Shown here in pieces: positions 63,460-64,000 of a stretch of 64,000 bases of DNA. The notes beneath the pieces are model-generated. The model was given only the letters and a program-made list of their open reading frames with translations. It was not told the origin of the DNA and searched no databases. The stretch is from Malacoraja senta (Eukaryota). Each line of letters opens with the position of its first letter. Within the stretch, counting starts at the first letter, position 1. The stretch lies in the NCBI GenBank assembly GCA_038087875.1, contig CM075993.1, positions 11,100,001 through 11,164,000 of the forward strand, in the 5' to 3' direction. Both the position numbers and the translations under genes were made by a program.

Positions 63460-63850
63460 GGCCTGGACCTACCTGATCTCCCGGTTGCCAAACACTTCAA
63501 CTCCCCCTTCCATTCCCACACTGACCTTTCTGTCCTGGGCCTCCTCCATTGTCAGAGTGAGGCCCAGCGCAAATTGGAGGAACAGCACCTCATAATTCGC
63601 TTGGGCAGCTTACACCCCAGCGGTATGAATATTGATTTCTCTAACTTCAAGTAGCCCTTGCTTTCCCCCCTCTCTCTCCATCCCCTCCCCCACTCTAGTC
63701 ATCGTACTAGTTTCACTGTTGTCCTGTTGATTTCCACCGTCTGTTATCACCTATCCCACAGCCAACAATGGACCATTGTGGGCTCCACATTTCCTTGATT
63801 ATCGTTGCTTTCTGCATATCTTCCATTCATTTGACCTAAGTACTGTCTAT
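63460..63850 (+). mobile_element. Penelope-like GIY-YIG C-terminal fragment
   Basis: DLPVAKHFNSPFHSHTDLSVLGLLHCQSEAQRKLEEQHLIIRLGSLHPSGMNIDFSNFK-stop. Confidence 0.8.
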
Positions 63851-64000
63851 ACTGTCTATAAAAACAGTTTTTATCCACGAGTAGTTGCTCTACTCAACAG
63901 CCAAAAATCTGTAGCCTCCCTTTGATCTGGTATTTTGTTGGTTCACATGCTTGATCAATGGTGTTTTATCATTAATGTTTTATTATTATTAATGTTTAAT

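Overview
This is vertebrate non-coding DNA, most likely from a cartilaginous fish (skate, ray or shark). That call is an inference from the repeat families: HE1-type V-SINEs sharing a 3' tail with CR1/HER1 LINEs. I recognise no host exon or RNA gene. Most of the window is a dense, nested mosaic of retroelements: dozens of CR1 3' fragments, about 30 tRNA-derived SINE copies or fragments, L2, L1, Tx1, Rex1/Babar-like tails and Penelope-like (GIY-YIG) fragments. It also holds four Harbinger-type MITEs, a probable solo LTR, two long dinucleotide arrays and two 200-N gaps. The most notable signals are: (1) a recurrent minimal hammerhead-ribozyme core in the Penelope-derived terminal repeats; (2) four distinct MITEs sharing a TGTCCCAC terminus and a 3-bp TWA target; (3) a ~3.2 kb near-duplicate across the first gap, differing by one TSD-flanked CR1 insertion and probably two haplotypes; (4) GC-rich non-autonomous retroposons with a conserved 3' hairpin; (5) a decayed 15-bp-period array; and (6) several repeat-free islands that are candidate conserved non-coding elements. 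Family names come from motif recognition without database searches, and boundaries are approximate unless a TSD is given.
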